Source: an uncultured delta proteobacterium | GTDB taxonomy: Bacteria; Desulfobacterota; Binatia; UBA9968 | NCBI GenBank assembly: GCA_963771465.1 | Contig: CAVYTU010000014.1 | Coordinates: 864,001-928,000 of the forward strand | DNA: 64,000 nucleotides | Direction: 5' to 3' | Part shown: in pieces, positions 48,212-58,093 of the stretch | How the letters are laid out: every line of letters begins with the position of its first letter | Numbering within the stretch: position 1 is the first letter of the stretch | Notes under the pieces: generated by a model | What the model was told of the DNA's origin: nothing | What the model saw: only the letters and a program-made list of their open reading frames with translations | Databases searched by the model: none | Program-made: the position numbers and the translations under genes

Positions 48212-49120
48212 TTATTTGTCGGCGGTCGACGAAGCTGTACGGTGATAGGAGAGATCGACGTATTTCTCCATGGGCGGAATAGGAAGCGCCAGATAACCGA
48301 GCTCGGCTCGCACCTTGAGAGCGGCCGTGACGCCGGACACATTCACGGTGGCGTTTGCGTAGAGACCGTGCTGCAGATGGAGGAGAGCGTCCAAAGTATC
48401 TTCGGCGGCGGTTCCGTCGATCTCGTTATGTCGAGCGAGCATGTCGAGGCATGCGCGGCGATTCGATCTCTCAAAGCACCACTGCGTCGCTTCTCGGTAC
48501 GCGCGAATGTACCGGACCAGTCGGTCCGGATGCTGCTCCGCCCATCGCCGGGATGCCGCACCGCACGTGCCTTGGTAAGACGGGATCATCTCGAAGTCTC
48601 TGGCAAGCCGATGACATCCGGCCCGCAGAGCATTCACGACGAAAGGTTCAGTTAACAGAGTCGCAGAGATTCTCCCTTCCATTAATGCGTGGTAGCGGCT
48701 TTCCCATCCGCCGATTTCGATGAGCTGATAATTGCTCAAATTTCTGGCGTGGAGCATGCTTTCCAGCACTAAGGCAAAGCCGCTGGTCCTGGCATCAACA
48801 CCGATGGATCTGCCGAACAGCGTGTCGACGGATGCGCAATCCGGAGCGCCAACCAGAGTAAAGAGCCCGCTATGCAGCCCCATAAAAATGAAGAGGTCGG
48901 CGCTGTCATCGTTTTCAACAGCGGCGATGATATCGTCCGCGCCGGTATGGCCGATATCATATTGACCTTCTTTGAGAGCTTGGCTGATGTACAAGGAGCC
49001 TGGTGTGTAAGCTGTCTCGAGAGCGAGCCCGTAGCGGGTAAAAATCCCGGTCTCGATCCCCGCATGAACGGGCAAGTTGTAAGCGGCGCGAAACTGAATC
49101 AGCTTGAGTGTTGCGGTCAT
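48212..49120 (-). CDS. NitT/TauT-family ABC substrate-binding protein
   Basis: GIFTRYGLALE, TLFGRSIGVDARTSGFA, RYHALMEGRISATLL. Start uncertain; no obvious signal peptide. Confidence 0.82.
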   Translation of the reverse strand: MTATLKLIQFRAAYNLPVHAGIETGIFTRYGLALETAYTPGSLYISQALKEGQYDIGHTGADDIIAAVENDDSADLFIFMGLHSGLFTLVGAPDCASVDTLFGRSIGVDARTSGFALVLESMLHARNLSNYQLIEIGGWESRYHALMEGRISATLLTEPFVVNALRAGCHRLARDFEMIPSYQGTCGAASRRWAEQHPDRLVRYIRAYREATQWCFERSNRRACLDMLARHNEIDGTAAEDTLDALLHLQHGLYANATVNVSGVTAALKVRAELGYLALPIPPMEKYVDLSYHRTASSTADK

Positions 49121-49345
49121 GGGATTGCGTCTCGCCATGCTCTTATCACTCCGCGCGAGAGAGTGACAATCGCTTCCCCTTGAGTTGTCCATTGAGGGAA
49201 TTCCGGCGAACTCTAAACGGACCCTCACGGAACGTTCGCCCGCAGCAAGCCGGCCGGTGGTTTCACTTGAATCTGCATGAGAGCACTTAAGTTGACAGTT
49301 GTCCTACTTTCGACTACTGCGTAGTCAAAAATTGGAGGTGAGCTT

Positions 49346-49735
49346 ATGCCAGTGAAGGTTATGCGCATAGAGGACGCGCCGGTGCGAGTCATGCGGTGGA
49401 ATCGCGGCAAGGCGCTCCGGCTGGTGGATGAAGCCGACGGCGCCAAGAACGTCGATGTGCACATCAACCTGATTAACGTCGATTCGGGGCCGGGTCCTAC
49501 CCACTACCATGCCAAAGCCGAGAATATTTACGTCGTGTTGGAGGGGAACGTGGAGGCCATCGTCGAGGGAAAGAAAATTCGCCTGGGCCCGGGCGAAGTT
49601 GCGTTTATTCCGCCCGGTGTACGGCATCAAGCCGGCAACTGCGGCGACAAGGTCGCGCGCGTCCTCGAAATTTACGCTCCCGCAGGCGAGGATTTTCACA
49701 TCGTTGACGATTCGGAGAATAAGCCGCAAACCTAG
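49346..49735 (+). CDS. Cupin domain protein
   Basis: HYHAKAENIYVVLEG, FIPPGVRH; GGAGGT RBS. Confidence 0.92.
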   Translation: MPVKVMRIEDAPVRVMRWNRGKALRLVDEADGAKNVDVHINLINVDSGPGPTHYHAKAENIYVVLEGNVEAIVEGKKIRLGPGEVAFIPPGVRHQAGNCGDKVARVLEIYAPAGEDFHIVDDSENKPQT

Positions 49736-49840
49736 GACAGAGAAAATTTCGCCGCCAAGAACTCGCAGTAAAGCGATCGCCGCCAACAAATTGGACGAGT
49801 TTTGGTGCACGGCTAGAAACGGTTGGAACGAATTCGAAGG

Positions 49841-50815
49841 ATGAGACCCAAGGCGAAAATGCAGTTCGGCGTTTTGTTGCCTCACTTCGGCAAGGAGACC
49901 TCGCCTTCCCGGATCATCGATGGCGCCAGGATGTGTGAGGAGCTGGGATTTCATTCCGTGTGGGTGCGAGATCATTTGATTTGGCATCCGCATGGCATGG
50001 AAAGATCGGGGCTCAAATTCGTCGAACCCATCGTTACGCTTTCGGCGGTTGCTGCGGTGACCAAAAAAATCATTTTGGGCATCGCGGTGCTTGTCCCGGT
50101 GCGGTGGCCGCTCAAAGTCAGCCAGGAGCTTGCGAGTCTTTCCTATATCGCCGGCGGCCGGGTGATCGCCGGCATGGGTTTGGGGTTTAATCCGGCGGAA
50201 CTTGCGACAGTCGGCTTGCGGATCGAGGATCGCGTCGAAATCCTGCGGGAAAGCGTCGAGATCGCGCGGCTGATCTGGAAGGAGAATAACGCGTCGTATC
50301 ACGGCAAGATATTCTCGTTCGAAGACGTGACCATAGAGCCCAAGCCCGTCGAACCGATACCGATCTTTGGCGGCGGCAGTACTCGGGCCGCGATCAGACG
50401 AGTCGCGGCTTACTGCGACGGCTGGATTCCCGGTCGGGTTCCCATGGCGACTTTCGATGACAGGATAAAATATTTGCGGCAACTGACCGACCGCAAGATT
50501 ACTTTGGGCAATATTCCGATCACGCGCATCGATAAGGACCGAAAGAAGGCTCGGGCGAGTATCAACGTCGAGGCGCTCGCGGAGAGCTCGGAAGGAAGCA
50601 GCCGCTGGATTAAGCCGCCCTCCGGAAAGTTTCAGACCATCGAGGATCTCGAAGGCCTGTTAATCGTAGGGAATCCCGATGACTGCGCTGCGGAGATCGA
50701 AAAGTTCCGCGCACGAGAGGTCGAACACCTGGTGTTCGATTTGAGACTTCAATACGACCGCTACGAAGAAAGCTTGGAACTGATCGCCAAGGAACTGCTT
50801 GCGAGATTCCAGTAA
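49841..50815 (+). CDS. LLM-class flavin/F420-dependent oxidoreductase
   Basis: GFHSVWVRDH, RWPLKVSQELASL, IPIFGGGSTRAAIRRVAAYCDGWIP. Confidence 0.92.
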   Translation: MRPKAKMQFGVLLPHFGKETSPSRIIDGARMCEELGFHSVWVRDHLIWHPHGMERSGLKFVEPIVTLSAVAAVTKKIILGIAVLVPVRWPLKVSQELASLSYIAGGRVIAGMGLGFNPAELATVGLRIEDRVEILRESVEIARLIWKENNASYHGKIFSFEDVTIEPKPVEPIPIFGGGSTRAAIRRVAAYCDGWIPGRVPMATFDDRIKYLRQLTDRKITLGNIPITRIDKDRKKARASINVEALAESSEGSSRWIKPPSGKFQTIEDLEGLLIVGNPDDCAAEIEKFRAREVEHLVFDLRLQYDRYEESLELIAKELLARFQ

Positions 50816-51077
50816 AAACTGACGCTTGGGTGGTGACGCAATTGACAATCACTCAAGCGTCACTTTTGCGCAAATCATTTGCGTGCCGATGAAAACCAGT
50901 CACTGGTGACGCTCGCCCGAGAAACTTACAAGACCTCGGTAGACGCCCCATAGCGAAGAATTCAGAGACCCACACGATGTGCTACAACACTAGAACTGAT
51001 CTCATGTGTTAAAGAATTTTAGTGAATTTTGGCGGTTGTTCCGACCCAGGAACGAACCAGGGGCATTCGAACCCACC

Positions 51078-51122
51078 GGAACTATTGAAACGACTGGAAC
51101 CATTGGAACAGGTTCCTGAACG
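51078..51122 (+). repeat. TGGAAC 9-nt-period repeat element
   Basis: GGAACTATTGAAACGACTGGAACCATTGGAACAGGTTCCTGAAC upstream of the amidase gene. Confidence 0.7.
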
Positions 51123-51142
51123 GGTTGGCCGAGGAGGAAACC

Positions 51143-53110
51143 ATGCAAAAGAGACATCTGCAACAAATCACGCTGTCATTGGCGATGACGGTTCCCCTTG
51201 CCGGGATGGCGCAAGCCCAGCCGGCCGGTGCCGGTAAAAAATTTCAAATCGTCGAAGCAACGATTGCGGATATTCACAAAGCGATAAGATCAAAACAGCT
51301 CACCGCAACCCAACTCGTCAACATGTATCTCGCCCGGATCAAGGCCTACAACGGAACTTGCGTAAATGAACCGGAAGGAATTCTCGGACCGGTGTCGCCG
51401 ATTCCTCATGCCGGAGCCCTCAATGCCTTGATCACGTTGAACCTCCGACCCGCCGCGCGCAAGAAGTGGGGTTTCGACGATCGCAAAGCCCGCAGCATGA
51501 CGGATTTGGTCGACAACGACCTGAACATGCCCGACGCCCTCGAAGTGGCGGCCGCGCTCGACGCCCGATTCGCCAAGACGAGGAAGCTGGTAGGACCGCT
51601 GCACGGCATTGTGCTGAGCATTAAGGACATGATCGACACGTACGACATGCGCACCACCAGCGGTGCCGATGCCGATTATGCCAACGATCGCCCGCCGCGC
51701 GACGCGACGCTGGTGAAACGCCTGCGCGATGCGGGTGCGATCATACTGGCGAAGGCGAATCTCGGCGAATATGCCTCCGGCAGCCGCAGCGCTTTCGGCG
51801 GCACCATGTGCAACCCTTATGCAACCGATCGTGATGTTGGCGGCTCCAGCGGCGGCTCCGCTTCTTCGGTGGCAGCGAACCTGGTGACCTGCGCGATCTC
51901 GGAAGAAGGCGGCCCTTCGATCCGCATGCCGTCGCGGCTCAACAACGGTGTGGGTCTATCGCAGTCGCAAGGCTTGGTCAGCCGGGATGGAATGATCGGC
52001 GGCGGTCCACTCAACGATCGCAACGGCGCAGCGTGCCGCACCGTCGAAGACGTCGCCAAGGTGCTCGGCGTCATCGCCGGTTACGATCCGGCGGACGACT
52101 TGACCGTGCATAGCCTCGGTCGCGTTCCCAAAGAGGGATATCCAAGCTTTGCCAGGGCGACCAGCCTCAAAGGCATCCGGATCGGCGTCCTGCGAGAATA
52201 CATGGACAAGCGCCTGTTCACCCAGGCGGATCATGAAACCATCGATATCGTCGACCGAGCCATTGGGGATCTCCGCAAGCTCGGGGCTACGATCGTTGAT
52301 CCCGGACCCGAGGGCGCGCTGTTCCAGAAATGCATCGATCAGCACATTCCGCGCAACCTGAATGCGCTCTTCATCAAAGAATTTCCTGCGCTGTTCCCCG
52401 CCGGGGCCGATCACATCGCAGTGCTGCGAGACATGTACTTCGACCCGGCTCTCGTGCCAGCCAAGCCGACGATCCGCGATTTCGGGACGAGGGCGGCGAA
52501 CGTCGGCGAAGCGAAGTATTACTTCAACCGCTATCTCAAAAAGCGCGGCGACGCGAACATCAAGGACCTCACCGATCTGATCAACAAGTCGCGCTACTAT
52601 ATCGACACCTTCGGCCGCGACACCCGGTTCCGCGACGTGAAATCAGTCCTGCAGGAGGCCAACAAGCCCTCGACCTTGGACGTGCGCGATCGGGACGCCA
52701 ACAGGTCTGCCATTCAGCAGACCGTTATGCAGTGCATGGCGACGCTCAATCTCGACGCCGTGACGTATCCAACCGGCAACGTGCCTGCGTCCCTCATCAA
52801 GGCGCCGGTCGAGCCGGACGTGAACGGCCGGTCGCATCAGGCTTGGACATTGCTCGGACAGATGGGCTTCCCGGCGATCACCGTCCCGGCCGGGTTCACG
52901 ACCCAGGTCTTCGATCGCATCCGCGACAAGGATGCTCCCGGCGGCACGCGGCTGGTCGGCCCGGTACCGGCAAAGCTTCCCGTGGGGATCGATTTTCTGG
53001 CCATGCCGTTCGCCGAACCGATGCTCTTCCGGATCGCCTCGGCGTACGAAAGAGCGACACATCATCGGATTTCGCCCCCCGAATTTGGCCCGTTGGAAGA
53101 AAAGAAATGA
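51143..53110 (+). CDS. Secreted amidase (amidase-signature family)
   Basis: Signal peptide; GPLHGIVLSIKD (Lys), GGSSGGS, GPSIRMPS (Ser nucleophile); GAGGAGG RBS. Confidence 0.92.
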   Translation: MQKRHLQQITLSLAMTVPLAGMAQAQPAGAGKKFQIVEATIADIHKAIRSKQLTATQLVNMYLARIKAYNGTCVNEPEGILGPVSPIPHAGALNALITLNLRPAARKKWGFDDRKARSMTDLVDNDLNMPDALEVAAALDARFAKTRKLVGPLHGIVLSIKDMIDTYDMRTTSGADADYANDRPPRDATLVKRLRDAGAIILAKANLGEYASGSRSAFGGTMCNPYATDRDVGGSSGGSASSVAANLVTCAISEEGGPSIRMPSRLNNGVGLSQSQGLVSRDGMIGGGPLNDRNGAACRTVEDVAKVLGVIAGYDPADDLTVHSLGRVPKEGYPSFARATSLKGIRIGVLREYMDKRLFTQADHETIDIVDRAIGDLRKLGATIVDPGPEGALFQKCIDQHIPRNLNALFIKEFPALFPAGADHIAVLRDMYFDPALVPAKPTIRDFGTRAANVGEAKYYFNRYLKKRGDANIKDLTDLINKSRYYIDTFGRDTRFRDVKSVLQEANKPSTLDVRDRDANRSAIQQTVMQCMATLNLDAVTYPTGNVPASLIKAPVEPDVNGRSHQAWTLLGQMGFPAITVPAGFTTQVFDRIRDKDAPGGTRLVGPVPAKLPVGIDFLAMPFAEPMLFRIASAYERATHHRISPPEFGPLEEKK

Positions 53111-53252
53111 ATGACGGGCTAAATCAGCTTCCGCACGACCTCAAGTCCAGACCCAAAGGCGTATCGGAGGACTCATCATTCCACAGAACACCAATACAAG
53201 TGTGATGCTGCGAAAGTAGCACTGCTTCGCCAATCTGTGCTTAGTCTACAAC

Positions 53253-54434
53253 ATGACGATGCCCTTCCGACCGCGCTGGTATTTCTTTATCGCGCTCGTC
53301 TCCATCACCTTCATCGGACCGCTGTCGATCCATCTGTTCATCCCGGCCATGCCGGCGGTCAAAGAGGCCTTCGGCGTCTCGACCGGCATGGCGCAGCTCA
53401 CGCTCTCGCTTGGCATGCTGTCGATGGCGTTCTTCACGGTCGCCTATGGCGGCTTGTCCGATCGCTTCGGACGCAAGCGCGTACTCTTGAGCGGGCTGGT
53501 GCTTTTCACCTGCGGCGCCGCTAGCTGCATGGCCGCCGCCAACCTGCCGATGTTGCTCGCCGGGCGCATATTGCAGGGAGCGGGTGCGGGATGCGGTGTC
53601 GTGCTGGCGCGCGCCATCGCCCGCGACGTCTACGGCCAGGACCGAGTTGCCCAGGTGATCGCCTACCTCACGGCCGCCTACGTGCTGGGTCCGATGTTTG
53701 CGCCGCCGATCGGCGGTCACCTGACCGTGCTGTTCGGCTGGCGCGCGCTGTTCGTGCTGGCGTCGGTCGTCGGGCTGTTGGTGATCCTCGCGGTGGCTTT
53801 CGCGGTGCCGGAAACCCGCGCGCGCAACACCGCCGCGCCGCGTGGCGTATTCGCCGGCTACAAGGCGCTGCTCAGGCGACAGCGCTTCGTCGGTTTCATG
53901 CTCCAGCCCGGCATGATGTCGGCCGCCTTCTACACCCAAGCGACCGCCGCGTCGTTCCTCGCCGCCGAACATCTCGGCGCTGATGCATCCGATATCGGTC
54001 TGTGGTTCTTCGCCTTCCCGGTGGGCTTCATGGTCGGCAGTTTCATCTCGGGCCGCGTCGGCGCCAACCGTTCGATCGAATTCATGACCATGCTTGGCGG
54101 CGTGATCGGCGTTGCCAACGGCGCGCTGCTCGCCGGCTGGCTCTATTTCGGCGGCGTCTCCATGGCCGCGCTCTACATCCCGGGAATGTTCTGCAGCCTC
54201 GCTCAGGGCCTCTCCATGCCGTATGCTCAAGCCGGCGCCATGGCAGTCGACAGTGAGCTTGCCGGATCAGCCGCGGGTGCCGTCGTGTTCTCGCAGCTCT
54301 TCTGGCCCGCCGCACTGCAGCAGCTCACGGCACTGCTCGCGAACGGTAGTTGGGTGCCGATGGCGACGGTGCACCTGGCCGCAATGATTGCAGCACTGTT
54401 CGCCGGCTGGATAGCGGTGCGCGCCGAGCGCTAG
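53253..54434 (+). CDS. Bcr/CflA family MFS efflux transporter
   Basis: PLSIHLFIPAMP, GLSDRFGRKRVL, GRILQGAG, ARAIARDVY, APPIGG, VPET. Confidence 0.92.
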   Translation: MTMPFRPRWYFFIALVSITFIGPLSIHLFIPAMPAVKEAFGVSTGMAQLTLSLGMLSMAFFTVAYGGLSDRFGRKRVLLSGLVLFTCGAASCMAAANLPMLLAGRILQGAGAGCGVVLARAIARDVYGQDRVAQVIAYLTAAYVLGPMFAPPIGGHLTVLFGWRALFVLASVVGLLVILAVAFAVPETRARNTAAPRGVFAGYKALLRRQRFVGFMLQPGMMSAAFYTQATAASFLAAEHLGADASDIGLWFFAFPVGFMVGSFISGRVGANRSIEFMTMLGGVIGVANGALLAGWLYFGGVSMAALYIPGMFCSLAQGLSMPYAQAGAMAVDSELAGSAAGAVVFSQLFWPAALQQLTALLANGSWVPMATVHLAAMIAALFAGWIAVRAER

Positions 54435-54550
54435 CGCTTTAAATAGATAATAAAGAGGCAACGCGGCAGATCTCTCGTTACTCGTCAGGCCTTCTGCCGG
54501 GCTCGGCGGGTAATCCCGAATAATTCGTACAAACTCAAAAAGACCGCGCT
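54423..54550 (+). repeat. Counterpart of the 39850..39972 repeat, with an internal hairpin
   Basis: See 39850..39972; TTACTCGTC...GGCGGGTAA can pair using G-U pairs. Confidence 0.8.
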
Positions 54551-54651
54551 CTCACGCTGACCAGAAAGTCATGAAGTAAAAGTCTGATCCAAACTTTTCC
54601 ACTGACTACCGTCTTGTCCATGGTAGCTCCAGTCGAGCAAACGGTTGGCAA

Positions 54652-56100
54652 TCAGTGTCGGCGACCGAGCACCCGTACGCTGAACTTCAGCTCGGGGCCC
54701 GGCGTGGGGGCGACTTTCATGCGCATCTGATAGTCGGAGGGAGCGAGCTCCATCTGCAACCGGTGAAACAGCGTCGCCATCGTGAGCGCGATCTGCACCT
54801 CTGCGATGCCCACACCGAGGCAGGTGTGCTCACCGAGACTGAAAGGGGCGAAGGCGCCGGCTTTCTTGTGCTCGTTTCGTGGCGGCGCGAAGCGCGTGAT
54901 GTCGAACTTGGTCGGAATCGAATAGAACTGCTCGAGAAAGTGGGACACCGTGATGGCAATGAAGAGCGGCTCGTCCTTTTCCACCAGGTGACCGGCGAAC
55001 TCGAAGTCCCGGGTGGCATTGCGCATGGCGGCCACCGCGATCGGATACATGCGCAGAGTCTCCATGATCGCGCCGTGGAACACCGGCATGATGCGCAAGG
55101 ACTCAGGGGTCACCGGGCCCGCGGCAAATACCCGGTCGACCTCGGCCAGAACCTGCTCATGCACGTCGCGATGCTTAAGAACCGCGTAGAGCATGGCCGA
55201 GGTGGTGTTGGCCACGGTGTCGAGGCCCGCAAAATACGGCCCCAGCACCGCCATCATCAGCTCCGCCCCTTCGAACAGGGTTTCGTCCTGTTTGGCGGCT
55301 GCCATGATGTCGTCGATGAGGGTAGGCTGCTTGGGATCGACACGGCTGGGGTCGTAGCTGTCGATCATTCGCTGGCCGAGCTCGAAGATGCGCTTCTTGG
55401 CGCGTCGGTAGTCGGGCATCCGCAGCATGATGCGCGGCCGCATGTGGACCACGAGCACGTTGAGCGCAAGGCGGATGAAAAGCCGCAGATCGTCGACGTA
55501 CTCGCCCGGCGCGCGCCCGGCCACCATGATGCCCAGCTGCTCGGCGGCGAGATGCTGCATGGCCGGAACCACGCGCAACCTTTGCCCCGGTTGCCACTCG
55601 TCTTGCAGCATCCGATCAGTGATGTCGATGAGCTCTTGGTAGCGTCCGCTGATGGATGCGCGGCCGAAGCCGCGCTTCATCACCTTGCGGATCTTGTCGT
55701 GCATTTCGCCGTCGGTATTGATCAGGTTCTTCTTGGCCCCGAATTCGTTGACGAACTCTTGCCAGAATTCCTTGGAGCGTAAATGGGTGTCGCCTTCGCG
55801 TGCAATGAAGCGATTGGCTTCCGGGCCGGCCAGGACGGTGTATGGCTTGTTGAACAAACGAATGCGGAAGATGGGGCCGGCTTCGCGGTAGCACCTCACG
55901 AAGAAGGCCCCGGGATCGGTGCCCATCTCCCAGGCGTTGCCGATGAACGGTAGACCGCGCACGAACGGGGGTCGCGGTGCTCGGAGCGCCGTGGTGCGCG
56001 GCGCGGTTGCTGCGGACGGCGGCGGCTCTCCGGCGGGCAGTGCCACTGTCTCAATTCCCTGCGAACCGTTGGGTGTAGTCGCGAGCTCCATGGCAATCAC
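54652..56100 (-). CDS. Cytochrome P450
   Basis: I-helix AGLDTV, ETLR (ExxR), heme motif FSLGEHTCLG. Start is either GTG 56100 (overlapping the TetR stop) or ATG 56091. Confidence 0.96.
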   Translation of the reverse strand: MIAMELATTPNGSQGIETVALPAGEPPPSAATAPRTTALRAPRPPFVRGLPFIGNAWEMGTDPGAFFVRCYREAGPIFRIRLFNKPYTVLAGPEANRFIAREGDTHLRSKEFWQEFVNEFGAKKNLINTDGEMHDKIRKVMKRGFGRASISGRYQELIDITDRMLQDEWQPGQRLRVVPAMQHLAAEQLGIMVAGRAPGEYVDDLRLFIRLALNVLVVHMRPRIMLRMPDYRRAKKRIFELGQRMIDSYDPSRVDPKQPTLIDDIMAAAKQDETLFEGAELMMAVLGPYFAGLDTVANTTSAMLYAVLKHRDVHEQVLAEVDRVFAAGPVTPESLRIMPVFHGAIMETLRMYPIAVAAMRNATRDFEFAGHLVEKDEPLFIAITVSHFLEQFYSIPTKFDITRFAPPRNEHKKAGAFAPFSLGEHTCLGVGIAEVQIALTMATLFHRLQMELAPSDYQMRMKVAPTPGPELKFSVRVLGRRH

Positions 56101-56744
56101 TTCTCCTTTGCGTAACGGGTCAGAAAAGCCTCCACGCCGTCTCTCACCAGCAGCTCCTTACGCCGCGCAGGTGAGGGGATCCCCAGGGTGCGCGGCCAGA
56201 AGAGACCATTGATGGTCAGCCCCCAGAAATGCAGCGCTGCGGTCTCGAGATGCGGGATGCGCAAGCGGCCGCGCCGTGACTCTTCGCGCAGCAGGGGGCT
56301 TATCCCCAAGAGCTCGAAGGGATCCATCTCGGAGCGAAAAGCACGGCGCAAGGCGGGGGTGCGGATCGATTCGGCCAGGACCACGCGAAACAGCCCCAGC
56401 GCCTCGGGATGAAGCAGCCCGTCGAGGAGCGCAAGCGCGAGCCCCTCGAGACGCTCCGCGACCGGGGCCTCGGAATGTGCGCCTTTTTTGCTGGCCGCTC
56501 CGAGAACGCGCCCCCATAGATCGGCAACCACTTGGTCGAAGAGTGCATCCTTGCTGGCGAAGTGGTTGTAGACCGTGCGCTTGGATACGTGCGCGAGCTT
56601 GGCCACGTGATCCATGCTGGTGGCGTGGTAGCCCTGGTCGCAGAAGCTCTGCACGGCCGCGCGCAGCACGGCGGCGCGTTTTTTCTCGGTGCGTGTCTGG
56701 GATTCCGCGGGTGGCTGGCGCGAAGGCCGATGTCCGACGTCCAT
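56097..56744 (-). CDS. TetR/AcrR family transcriptional regulator
   Basis: GYHATSMDHVAKLAHVSKRTVYNHFASKDALF helix-turn-helix. Confidence 0.95.
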   Translation of the reverse strand: MDVGHRPSRQPPAESQTRTEKKRAAVLRAAVQSFCDQGYHATSMDHVAKLAHVSKRTVYNHFASKDALFDQVVADLWGRVLGAASKKGAHSEAPVAERLEGLALALLDGLLHPEALGLFRVVLAESIRTPALRRAFRSEMDPFELLGISPLLREESRRGRLRIPHLETAALHFWGLTINGLFWPRTLGIPSPARRKELLVRDGVEAFLTRYAKEK

Positions 56745-56775
56745 GGAGGGGATTGTAGCTCGGTTTGGACTAGAA

Positions 56776-56798
56776 GTAAACTACACAGTGTAGTTTAC
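56776..56798. promoter_or_regulatory. Candidate TetR operator
   Basis: Perfect palindrome GTAAACTACAC-A-GTGTAGTTTAC about 30 nt upstream of the TetR start. Confidence 0.85.
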
Positions 56799-56906
56799 CA
56801 ATGCTGCAGCGATTTCCCAGTTCAGAGCCTTACCGTGCAATATCAAGTGTCGGTTAACGGAACCTGGGAAGCAGTTCCATAGCTCGTCCATGGTCAGCTT
56901 AATGAC

Positions 56907-57010
56907 CTGGAACCTTGAACCGTCGCAACCGCTGGAATGATCGGTACGCCTGGAACGAGTTCCCCTAATTGACCTTTGGATCGACTGGAACTATTGGAAC
57001 GTTTGGAACA
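56907..57010 (+). repeat. TGGAAC 9-nt-period repeat element
   Basis: Shares CTGGAACGAGTTCCCCTARTTGA and CGACTGGAACTATTGGAAC with 63608..63668. Confidence 0.8.
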
Positions 57011-57112
57011 ATTCGCTGCCTGTCCCGAGATTTCGACTTGCCGTAAGAGTTCTTTGCGGCCATGCGAATCTTTTGTATTCGACGCCGAAGAGTTGGACCG
57101 GTGATGCAGAGA

Positions 57113-57766
57113 CTAAAAAATTCCTAGATAAAGTCGCAACAAAAATTCCATCGGTGGGTCGATGATCCGATCGACGATCCCAGTCATGAGCAGCACGATC
57201 AGGATCAGAAAACCGTAGCGCTCGATGCCGGCAACTTTAGACGCGAGCGGACCCGGCAGAAGACCGACTAGAACTCGACCGCCATCCAGCGGCGGCAGCG
57301 GAAGCATGTTGAATACCGCCAAAGAGATATTGATCAGCACACCACCCTGCGCCATCAACACCGGCAGCGTCAACCAAGAACCGGCGGACATCCCCGACGC
57401 ACCATGCGGCATGAGAGCTTTCCAGACCAGCACAAAACCCAAGGCCAACAGCAGATTCATCGCAGGTCCGGCTGCCGCCACCCAGACCATGTCGCGTTTG
57501 GGATTACGCAGGTTGTAAAAATTCACCGGTACCGGTTTGGCATAGCCGAAGACAAACGGTGAACCCGAGAGGATCAGCATCGCCGGAAACAGGATGCTGC
57601 CGAACAGATCGATATGGGGGATCGGATTGAGCGTCAGACGCCCCAGGCGCGCCGCCGTCGAATCACCCAACCGATTGGCCACCCAGCCATGCGCCACCTC
57701 GTGAAATACCACAGCAATCACAAGCGGAATCGCCCAGATGGCAATCTTTTGAATAGTCTCTTCCAA
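57113..57766 (-). CDS. Site-2 protease family (M50) metalloprotease
   Basis: HEVAH, GRLTLNPIPHID, AAAGPAMN, FNMLPLPPLDGG. Confidence 0.95.
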   Translation of the reverse strand: MEETIQKIAIWAIPLVIAVVFHEVAHGWVANRLGDSTAARLGRLTLNPIPHIDLFGSILFPAMLILSGSPFVFGYAKPVPVNFYNLRNPKRDMVWVAAAGPAMNLLLALGFVLVWKALMPHGASGMSAGSWLTLPVLMAQGGVLINISLAVFNMLPLPPLDGGRVLVGLLPGPLASKVAGIERYGFLILIVLLMTGIVDRIIDPPMEFLLRLYLGIF

Positions 57767-58093
57767 ATTGCTCTCGTAGCGAATGCTCTGATACGAATAC
57801 GAGATGAAATCAGAAAAGACAAGTTAAATGGTTTCACGATCTAGCGCAGTAAGTTTCTCTCGGACCTCCGATTTCGGTGGGCGAACTATGGTGAATAGAA
57901 ATGTTATGTCAGGCACACGCATCGGGTAATGTAGAGCGAATCTGCATCTCGCCCGTTATTCACGTTACGCAAATTAGCCAAGTCTGAACTTGGATTTCTT
58001 ATGAATGTTGACAAGACTCGGTTAGCTAATGGATAGTGAACAAATCCAGCGAAGACTACTGCCACCCGTCACCGACCAGAGGAGGAATATGAC

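Noticed and set aside
49325-50482. 385-aa minus-strand ORF
   Set aside because: Antisense to well-supported cupin and LLM genes.
53241-55782. Long ORFs 53241..54230 (-) and 54655..55782 (+)
   Set aside because: Antisense shadows of the Bcr/CflA and P450 genes, expected at high GC.
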